NCBI GenBank assembly: GCA_964187785.1
Contig: OZ076421.1
Coordinates: forward strand, 56,668,001-56,732,000
Reading direction: 5' to 3'
Length of the DNA: 64,000 nucleotides
From: Amphiscolops sp. MND2022
Lineage: Eukaryota
Part shown: positions 22,636 to 34,490 of the stretch, one piece after another
How the letters are laid out: each line of letters begins with the position of its first letter
How positions within the stretch are numbered: the stretch's first letter is position 1
The notes under the pieces: model-generated
Database searches by the model: none
What the model was told of the DNA's origin: nothing
The model's input: only the letters and a program-made list of their open reading frames with translations
Made by a program: the position numbers and the translations under genes

Positions 22636-24801
22636 TTACCGGGTTTCCGAAATAGTTTGGCGTTTTTCTCGTTTTGGGCGTTCATTTGATTGGTTAGATT
22701 GTTGGCTATTTGTTGCTTCTTCTTCTGGTTCTTTGGGTTCAGTTTTCGGATTTTTCTCCCATGTAAATGCTGCTTTTATTGGTGCTTTTTGTCGCATCCT
22801 TTTCTCCTCCTCTTCGTCGGTGGATTCATTTGCTAGCTGTTCCCAATTAGCCAATCTTCTGAACTCTTTTGGCAATTTTGCCTTTTTCTTTGGTCCCATT
22901 GGTTTCTTTGGTTGGCCGCTTTTGGTTGGATGTGGGCTGTTTTCTGGTGGCTGTTCGTAGTGCAATTTGCGTGCGGTTTGCTTGCTTGTCGAGGGCTGTG
23001 ATTCTTTTGTTATTGCTACGTCGCGTTTGCTGTGTGTAGTTGGTTGGTGTTTCTTGTTGCTGATTGTTATTGTATGATCTGTTTCGCCAATTATCACGCC
23101 CTTTTTCTTTTTATAGAGGCCATCTAGTTTGGTCCCTCTAGCTCGTTCTCGTACAAGTGTTCCTGAATCTTGCTCTCCCCGGAAGTCAGACATCTCCAGT
23201 TGGAAGGTATTGTAGTTATCTAAAACATTGTAGTTTTTATTGGGTTTAGTAGTAATGATGTCTTTGATAGTAGTATATTTTCTTTTATTTTGTAGTTCCG
23301 CTGGGCATGATTTATCTGTTTTTTTTTGCCCCTCGTAGTGCGTAAAACATTTCTGATAGGCCTGTATTATCTTTGTCGAGTATAATGTTTTGGTTAGTTC
23401 TCACTCGTTCATTTTTTGTTCTTATTAGTCTTTCGACTTTTCCATTACCTTTATGGTCGTTTATTGGACATTTGATGTGTTTTATAAAATATTTTTCGCA
23501 GAATTTTTTGAATTCTTTACTGGTGAAGGCTGTGCCCGGGTCTGTTCTAATTTGTTTAGGAATTCCATTATCTGAAATGTATCTTTGTGAAAATTCGATT
23601 ACTTTGCGCGTTGTGGGGGCTCTCAAAAATTTTGCGTCTTGTCAACCAGTTTTACTATCAATTGAGACAATTAAATATTTTTTGGTACTTCTTGCTATTT
23701 TAAATAGGCCTGCGAAATCAATTGCAATTTCATCGTTTACTTCTTCGGGAATCGGTATTTTACCAAAATTCTGTTGTTTTAGAAGGGGTTTTATTGACTT
23801 ACCTGCTTTTTGGCAATTTGGGCAGCTTTTCGCCAATAACGTGATGTCACGATGAATACGTGGCCACCAGATGTCACTAATTTGCTGCAGCATAATATCT
23901 CTTCCTGGGTGTCCCCAGTGTAAAGAATTTTTAATTGGTGCTTGCAGGATTTTGGGAATAATGATGAGGCGATCGTCAATATATAGTAAGTTATTTTCAT
24001 CTAATGATAATGAATTGAATTGTTCGCGCCATGGACTTTCTAGACTTTTTATTTTCCCTTTTGTTGGGTTTTCGACTATACTGATTATTTTCTGCAGGAA
24101 TCCATCATCTAAGTAATTTGCTGTGAGTAGGTTTTGTCCAATTTGGTTTGCAAATTTCAGTTTTGGTTCCAATCTGTTTGAGATTTGTGAATTTTCAATA
24201 CCTGATAATTTTCCAGCTGATTGGGTTTGTCCCATTTTGTTGGTCAGCGTTTCGCTTGAATAGGCTGTTGTTTGTTTGTTTTGTACCGGCAATTGTGCGC
24301 TCTTGCTTCGTTTGTCATTTCTCGGTAGCTATAGCCAACGTCGTCCTCTGATTGGTTGATTTATTTCGTCTGCTAAAACGTCATTCAAGTTATTTACGTG
24401 GTTCATTGTGAACCATGTGTTCCAAAGTTCTGATGCTTTAATGCTTTCTCCTTCTATTGGTGATGGGTGGCGCGAGAGGTAATCTGCAATTCCCATTGTT
24501 CTGCCTGGTGCGTGGAATATTTAAAAATCGATAGGCCGGAAGCGATCCACGCATCTTGTTAGTCGGTTTGAATATGTTTTATTAATCTTGTTTCCTTTTA
24601 GTACAGAGGCCAAGGCTTTATGATCAGAGACTATTTGGAATTTGGAACCGTAATTTGGTACAAGTAATTTTTGAAGTGCTCTACTGCCCAGACGACAGCA
24701 AGTAATTCTAGTTCATTTATTGAATATTTGCACTCCAGAGGTGTTAGGAATCTTGATGCGTAATGTATTCGTCTCCAGTTATTTCCGTTTCCGTCATTTT
24801 G
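22636..24801 (-). pseudogene. Gypsy RNase H C-part and integrase (frameshifted)
   Basis: HWGHPG...CPNC (HHCC), IAIDFAG (D), IRTDPGTAF (D), NGKVERLIRT (E), followed by a long basic C-terminal tail. Confidence 0.9.
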
Positions 24802-27306
24802 TTACAATACTGCACCAAATCCTAATTTGCTAGCGTCGCAAATAATTCTGATTGGGTAACTTCTTTTGAAGTGTCCTACTTCTGTTACTTGTTTTACTTT
24901 TCCGTTTCTTTTTTGGATTGCTTTATCATGTTTTTCTTCCCATTTCCATGGTTGGTCCTTTTTTAACAGTGGCCTTAATTCATGACATAATTGAGCTAAA
25001 TTCGGGATGAAACGATTTAGCTGATTTACCTCTCCCAAGTACGATCTTAGTTCTTTTAGACTTTTTGGGGTGAGTTTTTCAGTTTTTGCTTGTACTTTTG
25101 AATTGATTGGTTTTATCCCTGTTTGAGATAGTTTGTATCCTAGCCAATCTATTTCTTCTTCTGCGAATTTGCATTTTTCCCACTTTAATTGGACGTTTGC
25201 GTTATCCAATCTTTGTAAAACTTGTTTTACTGCTTCAAAATGTTTTTCATTTGTGCCCTTTGTTACAATTAGTATATCATCTAGTAAGGCGTACGTGTTT
25301 TGTAAATTTGCTAATTCTTTGTCCATTGCTTTTTGGAACTCTGTGGGCATTATGGTTAGTCCATAAAATCCTGTAATGAATCTATATGTACCAGTGGTTT
25401 TCCCACCTATGATTTGGAAGTTACAGTGTTTTGCTGTTTCTTCTTCCAACGGCACATGTCCATACGCGTAACGCATGTCAAGTGACGTGTATAATGCTTT
25501 TTCTTGTTCTTTATTATCAAGTTGTTCAGCTACTAAATCGACCACATGTTCTAAATTTGGCATTTGATATTTATCTTTCACAATTTCGTTATTTAATGCC
25601 ATCGCGTCTAGTGCGATTTTCACACTTTTATCTTTCTTTACTGTGATTACCACAAGTTGGATGAATTGTTTATCTGTTACTTCATTCACTTTTTCTATAT
25701 GTCCTTCTTCCAATAGTCTTTCGATTTCTTTTTGTACCGCGTCTTGTACTTGTACTGGTACTCTTCTACCCTTTTGTTGTGTTATTTTGGCATTTTGTTT
25801 AAATTCGATTCGCACTTTATGTTTGTTTAGTTTTCCTTCTCGCTCGAATAAGTCCTTAAATTGGTGTTTTTTTATTTGTTCGTTTTGTTTGTCGTTCCAA
25901 TTTTCTTGTTTAGATGTCTTGCTTGGTTTAGTTGTTTCGATTGGTTTTGTAGTTCCACTTGTTGTTTTACAAATAATTGGTTTACCTTCATTCTGATTGG
26001 GGGAGACGAATTTATAGTTGAAGGCGTTTAACCAATCTCTCCCAATTAGTGATTTGGCTCCTCTTTCTGCTACCAATATCCTTGCTTTTTGCATTCTGCT
26101 TTCCCCAACTTCCAATTGACAGAATACATAGCCCAGTAAGTTCAATTTTCTTTTGTTGAAGTCTACATATTCTTCATCTTCAGGTAGTTGTCGTATGAAT
26201 AATGTTTTTCTCTTCATTATTCTTTCGATTTCCTCAATTTTAAAGATCGTTACTGGTGAACTTGAGTCTACCATCGTCTTGAATTGGTTACCATTTATCT
26301 TCCCACTCATGAAGAATTGTCCGTTTTCTTCTCCTTCGATTGTTATTACGATGTTATCTTCTTCTATCATTGAGCCTGAGTTGCTGTCTTCCCATTCGTC
26401 TATTCTTTGTATGTTTTGTGCCGGTGCTTTGGTGACTTTTCTGCTTTTCGCAAAGTTTCCTGCACCTCTGGTTTGGCAGCATTTTGCGAAGTGTCCCGTT
26501 TTTCCGCATTTCATGCATGTTATTCCCATTGCTTTACATTCTTTAAGGTGTTGTGGACTGAATGGGGCTTCGCATCTGAAACACTCTTTTGTTGGTCCCC
26601 AGCGTTTCGTTCCTGTTAATATGTTATTTATTTCGTTCGGTTCTAGCTTTATGTTTGGCTTATCCATTTTTTCGATTGACTGTTGTCGTAGTGCTCCCTC
26701 TCCGTATGATATTGCGAAGTGAATAGTGTTGGCAATTGTGCTTTTGGGTTCTGTGCACAATTTCTGTTGTACATCTTTATTGTTCATATTCACTATGAAG
26801 ACATCTTTCACCAGACTTTCAGTTATGGTTCCAAAGTTACATTTTGCTGCCAGTCCGTTTAATTCGTTCCAGAATTGTCTCAGCGTCTCGTTTTCCTTTT
26901 GTTTGCAGCTCAAGAATTTAAATCGATCAAGTGTTTCATTTTTTGGTTTTTCAAAACAGTCTTCACATGTTTTGGTTAAGTCTCCCAGGGTTATTCTTCC
27001 TATGTTTACCGTTGGAAATTTGTCCGAGATAGTCTTCCTTGCTGCCATCCCCAATGCCAAGTATAATACACTGTTTGCTTTCTTCATTGCCGTTGCTTCT
27101 TCCATGTCTCCCATGAGACATTTGTCTTTTTTTCCGGTAGTTTTTGTAAGCTCTGCTACCGAGATGTTGCTTTTGGCCATAAGTGCGACTTCGAATAACT
27201 CCATCCTTTTTTCCCATTCTAGTTCTGGAGGTTTTGTTGCCTCCTGCCAAGAAATATGTAACCCAGCAATTGAAGAGCTGGTGCGCGGTTCGCCTTGCAG
27301 CGCCAT
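24802..27306 (-). CDS. Gypsy gag-pol (Gag, protease, RT, start of RNase H), 834-aa open frame
   Basis: Zn knuckle CMKCGKTGHFAKC, protease MVDSSSP (D-S-G degenerate), RT YALLDDIL, RNase H ICDASKLGFGAVL. Confidence 0.92.
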   Translation of the reverse strand: MALQGEPRTSSSIAGLHISWQEATKPPELEWEKRMELFEVALMAKSNISVAELTKTTGKKDKCLMGDMEEATAMKKANSVLYLALGMAARKTISDKFPTVNIGRITLGDLTKTCEDCFEKPKNETLDRFKFLSCKQKENETLRQFWNELNGLAAKCNFGTITESLVKDVFIVNMNNKDVQQKLCTEPKSTIANTIHFAISYGEGALRQQSIEKMDKPNIKLEPNEINNILTGTKRWGPTKECFRCEAPFSPQHLKECKAMGITCMKCGKTGHFAKCCQTRGAGNFAKSRKVTKAPAQNIQRIDEWEDSNSGSMIEEDNIVITIEGEENGQFFMSGKINGNQFKTMVDSSSPVTIFKIEEIERIMKRKTLFIRQLPEDEEYVDFNKRKLNLLGYVFCQLEVGESRMQKARILVAERGAKSLIGRDWLNAFNYKFVSPNQNEGKPIICKTTSGTTKPIETTKPSKTSKQENWNDKQNEQIKKHQFKDLFEREGKLNKHKVRIEFKQNAKITQQKGRRVPVQVQDAVQKEIERLLEEGHIEKVNEVTDKQFIQLVVITVKKDKSVKIALDAMALNNEIVKDKYQMPNLEHVVDLVAEQLDNKEQEKALYTSLDMRYAYGHVPLEEETAKHCNFQIIGGKTTGTYRFITGFYGLTIMPTEFQKAMDKELANLQNTYALLDDILIVTKGTNEKHFEAVKQVLQRLDNANVQLKWEKCKFAEEEIDWLGYKLSQTGIKPINSKVQAKTEKLTPKSLKELRSYLGEVNQLNRFIPNLAQLCHELRPLLKKDQPWKWEEKHDKAIQKRNGKVKQVTEVGHFKRSYPIRIICDASKLGFGAVL

Positions 27307-27582
27307 GTTATAGAGTTAGGTTATCGTGAAAGGATAACTTTTGCTTAATGTTGTATTCACTGTGAATCTTGTTTCAGGTCAAAAGACGGGAAGCAATACT
27401 CTATTCGTGTAAGACCATATGGCAACTGAGCCAATGTTAAACTTGGAACTTTATAGTTTTACCAGTACATTATTTGGAAATATGTATTAAATTAAATGTA
27501 AAAATTGGCTAAATGTTTATGTCACTCATATGTCTTTAATTAATTGTTTTTGAGTTTCTTCTTTTGACAGAGCCCTGTCACA
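27306..27582 (-). repeat. Gypsy 5' LTR
   Basis: Direct repeat of 22197-22473. Confidence 0.96.
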
Positions 27583-28224
27583 GGGGTCCTTTGGGGAAAA
27601 TTTTTTCGAAAAAAAGTCACAATGCCGAAAAAAACTGAAAGCGGGTACCCTTTACTAGTAGTCTCGCCCGGGACTGTGTGTTATGCGGAAAGAAGAAAAT
27701 CCTTTTTGGTTCAGTTCGCTAGGCCAAATGGTTCAATTTGACACCATAAAATTTGGTACAACTTTTGTAGAACTATTTTGGTCAGTTTGTGTGGATTGAA
27801 AAAAAAATGTCGCTATAATAGTCGCGTTTCAATTCAAGAAGCGCCAACTAAAAATGTATGCTCCTTTTAGTTAGCATATGCTCCGCTATGCTGATTAGGT
27901 TTAAATGATTTCTTTTAGCATTTTACAAAAAATGTTTTCATAATTCAAATACTCAGTCTACAATTAACTACTTCTAAGTTTCACACTTGCAAAGCCCGTT
28001 TGGGCGAATAATCAGAGAAATCATTTTCACAGCAGCATAAATTTCGTGCAAAAATTCTAATAAATTAACAACTTTTGCTTGATCTAAAATTTAAACAAAT
28101 ACAACTGACCGTTAGAAACTCGCATTTGGAAGCATGATTGATTGTCTGGATATCTTCAATCAATGTTAATTTAAAAGCTCTGTAAACAGTATTGCTGAAA
28201 CGTTTTTGTGAAAAAAAAAACTTT

Positions 28225-28425
28225 TCACACTCGGGTTTGCTGATTCTGCAACTGGTAAATCCTCAAATCGGGTTTTGCGCCTCTGCTGATATAAGTCTTG
28301 AGAATAACGATAGCCCAGAAAGCGAGCATCAAAGCCACAAATGTCCAAACAATCAATTCCGTCAATGAAGTTTCGCCTACCTCATCCGATTTAGTTGATT
28401 CTGTCGTGTTCAAAATAAACAGCAT
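28225..28425 (-). CDS. Candidate small single-pass membrane protein (66 aa)
   Basis: MLFILNTTES (N-glycosylation sequon NTT), TM LIVWTFVALMLAFWAIVIL, then K/R residues. No homology recognised. Confidence 0.3.
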   Translation of the reverse strand: MLFILNTTESTKSDEVGETSLTELIVWTFVALMLAFWAIVILKTYISRGAKPDLRIYQLQNQQTRV

Positions 28426-30129
28426 GACGTAATATTGTGGAGCTGTCGTAAAATATTTTGACCCATGTTGCAGTGAAAACTTACTGCTTTACTAGAATGC
28501 ATGCATTAATTTTATCTAGATGCAGAGATGTTTCTAAAATTTCTCTCTGAATAATTTTCCAATGTGTGCATTTGAAAGATATCCAGAAAACATATTGCAA
28601 ACTAGACGAGAGCGTATCAAATTGGCGCACTGCTTAAGACTCCAAAAGTGCAAAGTCTTTCACGTATGTTAAAAAGCTGTTTTCATTGAAATTCAGAAAA
28701 GTCTCACTGTGCCGAAAAACACCCTTAATGTTTGAAAGAGCATTTTCCTCACAGAAAATGTCGATAAAAACAAACGGGGACCCTTAGAATAGTTTTCAAA
28801 ACTTGGGAAAAAAGTGGCACTGTGCCGAAAAACCAAAAGAACCATTTCATGATTTTGGTTTCGTTGCTGATGGAAAAATTAGCAAAATTCAAGGGAGGGA
28901 CCCTCTAGCCTCTTTCAGTACAAGATTGTAAAAATTGAATCTTTCAGAGTAATGATTTTCATCTTACAAAACATCATCTCCACAAGCTTGGACCAAATAT
29001 AGAATTTTTTATTAGATGATGAATTTCCACTGCAATCTGAATTCAAAGTGATAAACTGGCGCTTTTATTTCTCTGTTAAAACTTATGCATGAAACTGCTC
29101 GTTGGTTTATATAATATTATTTTTGTACCAGTTAAGAACTTTAAGTGGCTCATAAACTAACAGATTTCATTCCAAAGTACACGTTTGTGTGACAAATTTA
29201 CCACAAAATCCATCTCATTCAAATATCAACTTAAGTTTTTTGAATGCATAATATTCGAGACTTGAATTACAAATGTAGCGTATTGTCAAAAGACTTGACT
29301 TTCAAATCACGTTCAAAACATTTTTCAGAAAGTTCCAATGATGAAAATCAGAAGGAGGAACTTATGAAAAATTGAAAAAAAAGCTAGTAATGTTAGTATA
29401 GCTGAGTCTGAAAACGGAATGAGTTGTCACTTGAAGAAACAAAAAATGGTAACAAATTGTTGAGTGGATGTGTATGTATGGATAGGTATGTTACAAGCAA
29501 GGAAGTGTAGGCTGCGTAGAATAGCTACCAGTCGATAGCGCCATGCAATACAGGATTAAAAAACAGAGCACCTGATGTTTTTTTAGAAGTCCAAAGGGGT
29601 CTTTTTGTCGCAGGATAAAACTCAATTATTATTTCCTGATTAATTTTTCGTTTGATTTGAAGCATCTAGGATTCCCTTGATACATGAAGAAAATGAAGTT
29701 TTGAAAGTGACTAATTGTTTTCAGAAACTACTATTACAAACTATTTTTACAAACAAAAAGCGTAGTGTGAACAACTAACTGTATTGAATAGCTCAACTCA
29801 AGACGAAGGACATACATATACTACATGTAATTTGATGCGGATTTCTGTGATCTCAAAAAAATTGTTACATTTTGAAACTGCGAACCAAAGTCAAAATAGT
29901 CATGCTTACACGTTACTAGTTTTGATGTACTGTTAAAATGACACATTGTTCTTTGAAATTAGAGCTCGGACTGCTTGAAACGGCCAGAAAATTTCCAAAA
30001 AAACTTTAAAAATTCCAAAAAAAACTTTTAAAAATCCACAACAAAAAAACATTCATGAAAATCATCTTGAAAATTTGCAATAATTTACTTGGAGTACAAC
30101 TAATTCAATTGCCAAAAAAGAATCAGACG

Positions 30130-32000
30130 AAGAACGATTTATCTCCAAATGAAGTTTTGACAACCTGTGAAATTTCGGCGACAAAACATAACAAGGTCAA
30201 AATGTATTTCGGCCAAACCTCGTAACAATGTTACCCAGTCTCTCTGAATAGAGTTGTTAGGATTTTGCATCGTTCTTCTCGTTTGAAAGCAGTCCGTACA
30301 ATGTTGCAGAGTTAAGTCTAGTTGGATTAGAAGAATGTTTATTTTGGGTATTTTTCCATGAGGATTTTGCGCCATGTTTTTCCTATTGAAAAGTACAAAA
30401 GGCTGGTTACGTTTCGTTTGGCTGGCTCCTCTTCGAAACTTCAATGCTGGAAGTCTAGGGTTATTCTGATCAGTTTCTCGTGCTAGTTCTGACAGTAAAA
30501 TAGAATGTCGTGCCAACACTGCCACCTCCAAAAATTCGACCCACTGAACCCATTCGTATGTTGGTGGTTTCTACGCCTCTTGCCAAAAATACTGTAATCC
30601 GGGAACCGGTGAATTGGGAGAATCATCTTCAAAGGGTTTTGAAGACTACCATGTTGACTACTAACGAACTAAATGTGTAAATGAAGAAGCGAAAGGACTA
30701 GCAAAACTGTATTATTTAACGTTAATGTTGCTTATGCCATTTTGTGATCTTTTGACACTTTACTTCGATTTGACAGGTTGTGAATAAATACTAATATGTT
30801 CATTTTCACAGATCAAATTTGTCACAGTATTTCAAGGGTAGTTTACTAATAAAGGTCACATCATTCCAATACCCTTCCCCCACAAATAATGAAGTTGAAA
30901 GGGGAAAAAATGATGTACAACAGATAGGCACAAAAGTGTCCAAGAAGGGCATGCAAGATGAGTAACAATCTATAAGTGTACTGACGCACTTGAGATAATA
31001 ACTAGTGTATCACTTTCAATAAATCAACACAATATTGCTAGCCAAGAACACTTGTACTAAAAGTGTTACTACAACACTTAAAAAGAAACACAATGGCCAT
31101 GGTTTAAAATAAAGCAAGTTTGTTTTGTTTTAAAGTTGGTTCGAGTGATTTTCGTGCCACTACCCCTGCTTGGATTAGTTTAAAATGGTTATTAAGTTTC
31201 AAAGACACCCAGGAGACTCTCTTCCTCGAAACGCGACGAGGCTTCAATTTTCAAGATCATAATTTTGTGCCCCAGACCATTAGGGGTTCTTGGTTACTTC
31301 GTTGCTTTTCCCACTTTATTGTTTTTTTCGTTGTTCGATTTCTTCTTCCGAATGGGAACCTTTTTCTTATTTGTTTTGGACTTTTTCTTGTTTTGTACCC
31401 AAATTCTCAGCTTCAACTGCGATGATGTTTCCCAATTCCTCATCAGTCACTTTGCTCCATATTGGCACTTTGCCCATGTCACCTTCCTGCATTGATGACC
31501 GTCTTCGTTGTTGTGTCTTTTCTGTCCCACGCAACATGTGTCATTTGCTTTCCTGTCCTTGGGAGGATAGTGATGGTATGTTTCGATTGTCCTAGTACGT
31601 TGCCGTTAAACTTTCTGAAAGCTCCTTCTAGCTTTGTACCCCGCATCCTTTCTCGTACTAGGTTTGTCGAACCTGCCTCATTGAAATTCTCTGGTTCGAT
31701 TTCTATGAAATGATCTTTTCCTGAAATACATTTTCAACCATCACTAATTTTAGCGTGTTCAGTTTTCTTCCTGTTTGCTTTTCGAACGCTGATTTGTCAT
31801 CCGCTCCTTTTTCTGTTCTCGGTGCAAATAGGATGTTTGAAATTCGACTATTATCGCGTTCTACTACAAATTTCTCGTTCGTTCCTAATTTTTCATTCAC
31901 TATTCTCATCATCTTTTCCACGTTTCCATGGCACGTATAATCTCACAACAGGTACATTACATCCTTTTAAACCATCTACCAAGGTCGGTTTGTATGCGTT
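30130..32000 (-). mobile_element. Decayed Gypsy relic in permuted order int-PPT-LTR-PBS-gag
   Basis: LVRERMRGTKLEGAFRK...HTITI (~31570-31680) matches LVRERARGTKLDGLYK...HTITI of the intact element. GLQYFWQEA*KPPTYEW...LEVAVLARHSI (~30490-30600) matches its Gag N-terminus GLHISWQEATKPPELEW...FEVALMAKSNI. Confidence 0.78.
30652..30860 (-). repeat. Single LTR of the Gypsy relic
   Basis: TGTGAC...TCAACA on the - strand (same termini style as the intact Gypsy LTR). Preceded by purine tract GGGGGAAGGG..GGAATGA and followed by PBS-like TGGTAGTC. Confidence 0.7.
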
Positions 32001-33926
32001 TCGCGATTCCATAGCCGCTATATATTTTATGAGAAATTCTTTAACTTTTCCGCCGTTCGGTTCGGTAAGAACATAAGATCTGACCATCCCAATTTAATTA
32101 TCAATGGATACCAATAGATAATTAAATAAGTATTTTTCCATTAATGAGCGCTATGAAAAAATTACTCAAAATCAATAGAGTTTTCTTCATTTGGCGCTTC
32201 TGCTTCCGGTAATTTTCCGAATTCACTTCGCATTTTTGTACTTTTTACGTTCTTACCTGCTTTTTTGGCAATCGGCATAACTTTGAGCTTTTTTCGACAA
32301 TTTCCACGTGGATTCGAGGCCACTTTACGCCTGATGCTTCCCGTAACATTGCGTGCCGTCCGGCATGTTTGAAGTGAATTGATAGCAATAAATTTTCTCA
32401 CATATGCTTTGGGATAAATAAACCTTTGTCCATGAATAATATTTGAAGTATTTAAGAAACTCGACACGTTTGTTGTGAACTCCCATTGATGCTGGGGGAG
32501 CTATTTGATGAGAAACGTTTTCCAAAAATTCGAAAAACTGTTAAAAATATCTGAGAAATATTTCTTTTGCTCTTAATTGTTTTTCTTGAAGAAGAATACC
32601 GAGCGCACTCAACTTTGTGACATTTTCTCGACAACTTTTCTTCCCGATAAAGTTGCGCGCCGCCAAAATGACCCGAACGTGTGACCCTATAGGCTCGCAA
32701 AGCAATTTTTTACTGGAAACATAAACAACGAAGCAGGGAACTTCTAGTGAAAAAAGATGGGCGAAAAAAAAGCAAGAGAGTAAAATCGCTTGTTTTTCAC
32801 AACAACTGGAACACGAAAATTGAGAAAAGTCTCATTAGTCCCACAGTATTGAATTTTAGGGCTCCAAGAGCAATTATTTTTAGCAGAAACAAATCTGGCT
32901 CCCCGAAGAATAAAGACCAAATTTTAGATAAAAAATTTGTTCGGTTTGTCACACAACACGTATGATTCTGGCCGAAAATCAAAGGAAGACCCTTAGGTTT
33001 AAGAGAGAGAAAACCCACAGCTTTAGTCTCCTCTCTTCCACATTTGCGTAAATACAATTATTGAACTGATTTTGTCTGGGTTTTGTTTGTCTGGGCGGCA
33101 ATTTCAGCTGCCGTTTTGGATTTCAACTGTCAAAGTTCCTTAGTTTGAAAAGTTGGGAGCTGTAAAACCTAAAAAAATGTGAACAAATATTTTTTGGGCC
33201 CGAAGTATAGAATAATGATTATGGAAATTATTGCAGTTATGAGAGTATTAAAACTAAAATGGTTAAAGATACGCTCGAACGTTCTCGGAAAATGGATTAA
33301 TAGTTTTGGCACTTTGGAAATGATGGAAATGAGCTCTTTGGAAACAAATCCTTCGACGTTTCCTGCGAAAATCTATTTGAAGTTCGAAAACTTCGACTGA
33401 ATGTGAATGACGAAGTATATGCATACTGTACTTCAATTTTAACACTTTTCATTAGCCAACTCGAATATTCAACATTTCACACGAGTAAATTAATTGAACG
33501 TTTTTGAAAATGTTTTTCAGTTTTGCTGAAATATACGTTAACTTTTGTTTCTACTAAGCTGTTTGGCTTCTTTCAGCGAACTGATAATGGTAGTAGCCGA
33601 ATACAGTTAACATTTCCCTATAAAACATTCCCTGAAGTCAAATTAATTATCTTGAATTTGGTAACTGATCCGGTCATTATATGTGTACCACGTCAAATGT
33701 TACAAGGGCTCTTCAGATTCGAAATTGACAAACATCAATCTTGGTTAAATCTGTGGTGTTCGAATTCGATTAGGAGCTTAGCGGTCAAACAGCTCTAGCA
33801 AAGATGCATTAGCGACCTTTAGGAAGTTTTAAAGTGTCATTTCAAGCTGACACTGTTTCTCATTGTCCACCGATCCAATTTTCAGTAATACACTTTTCGG
33901 ATGCAAAATTATAAATGCATTGCAAA

Positions 33927-34490
33927 GTGGCTGAAGTTTTCTTGCATTGAAATTGCGGTAAAATTGATGAAGTCTCAGTTGTTTTGCAATTTAGAACTGC
34001 TTCTTACTGAAACTTTCACGACGTCGCGGTTCGGAATTACCGTCGGGTTGCTAGAAGAATATTTTGACTAGGAATAGAAAAGTCGTACTATCCGATAATG
34101 GATAGTACGACGTTTCTATTCCTAGCCAAAATATTAATGGATAGTACGACTTTTCTATTCCTAGCCAAAATATTAATGGATAGTACGACTTTTCTATTCC
34201 TAGCCAAAATATTCTTCTAGCAACACGACGGTAATTCCGAACCGCGACGTCTTGAAAGTTTCAGTAAGAAGCAGTTCTAAATTGCAAAGCAGCTGAGACT
34301 TCATCAATTTTACCGCAATTTCAATGCAAATAAGTTTCAGTCACCTTATAGGTTTCAAAGTAGCATCCTACTATTTGACTAACGGTTATTACATAAGGTA
34401 CGGTGCCTTATGTAATAACCGTTAGTCAAATAGTATGATGCTACTTTGAAGCCTATAAAGTGACTGAAGTTTTCTTGCATTGAGATTGCG
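33927..34490. repeat. Chained double palindrome with internal 3x39-bp tandem repeat
   Basis: Hairpin 1 arms 33927-34093 / 34100-34344 (centre 34094-34099). Tandem 39-mer at 34097, 34136 and 34175. Hairpin 2 arms 34314-34400 / 34404-34490. Confidence 0.95.

Larger units (their letters stand above)
22197..27582 (-). mobile_element. Full-length Ty3/Gypsy LTR retrotransposon
   Basis: Two 277-bp LTRs, PBS TGGCGCTGCAAG next to the 5' LTR, PPT AAGAACCGAGAGGAG next to the 3' LTR, and domain order gag-PR-RT-RH-INT. Confidence 0.97.

Noticed and set aside
25107-27313. Several long + strand ORFs (up to 195 aa)
   Set aside because: Antisense shadows of the Gypsy gag-pol frame.
32100-33800. Cluster of short ORFs as a possible host gene or transposase
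   Set aside because: No motif, consistent splice pattern or TIR found.
34097-34213. 3x39-bp direct repeats as CRISPR repeats
   Set aside because: The units are contiguous with no spacers; simple slippage at a hairpin tip.
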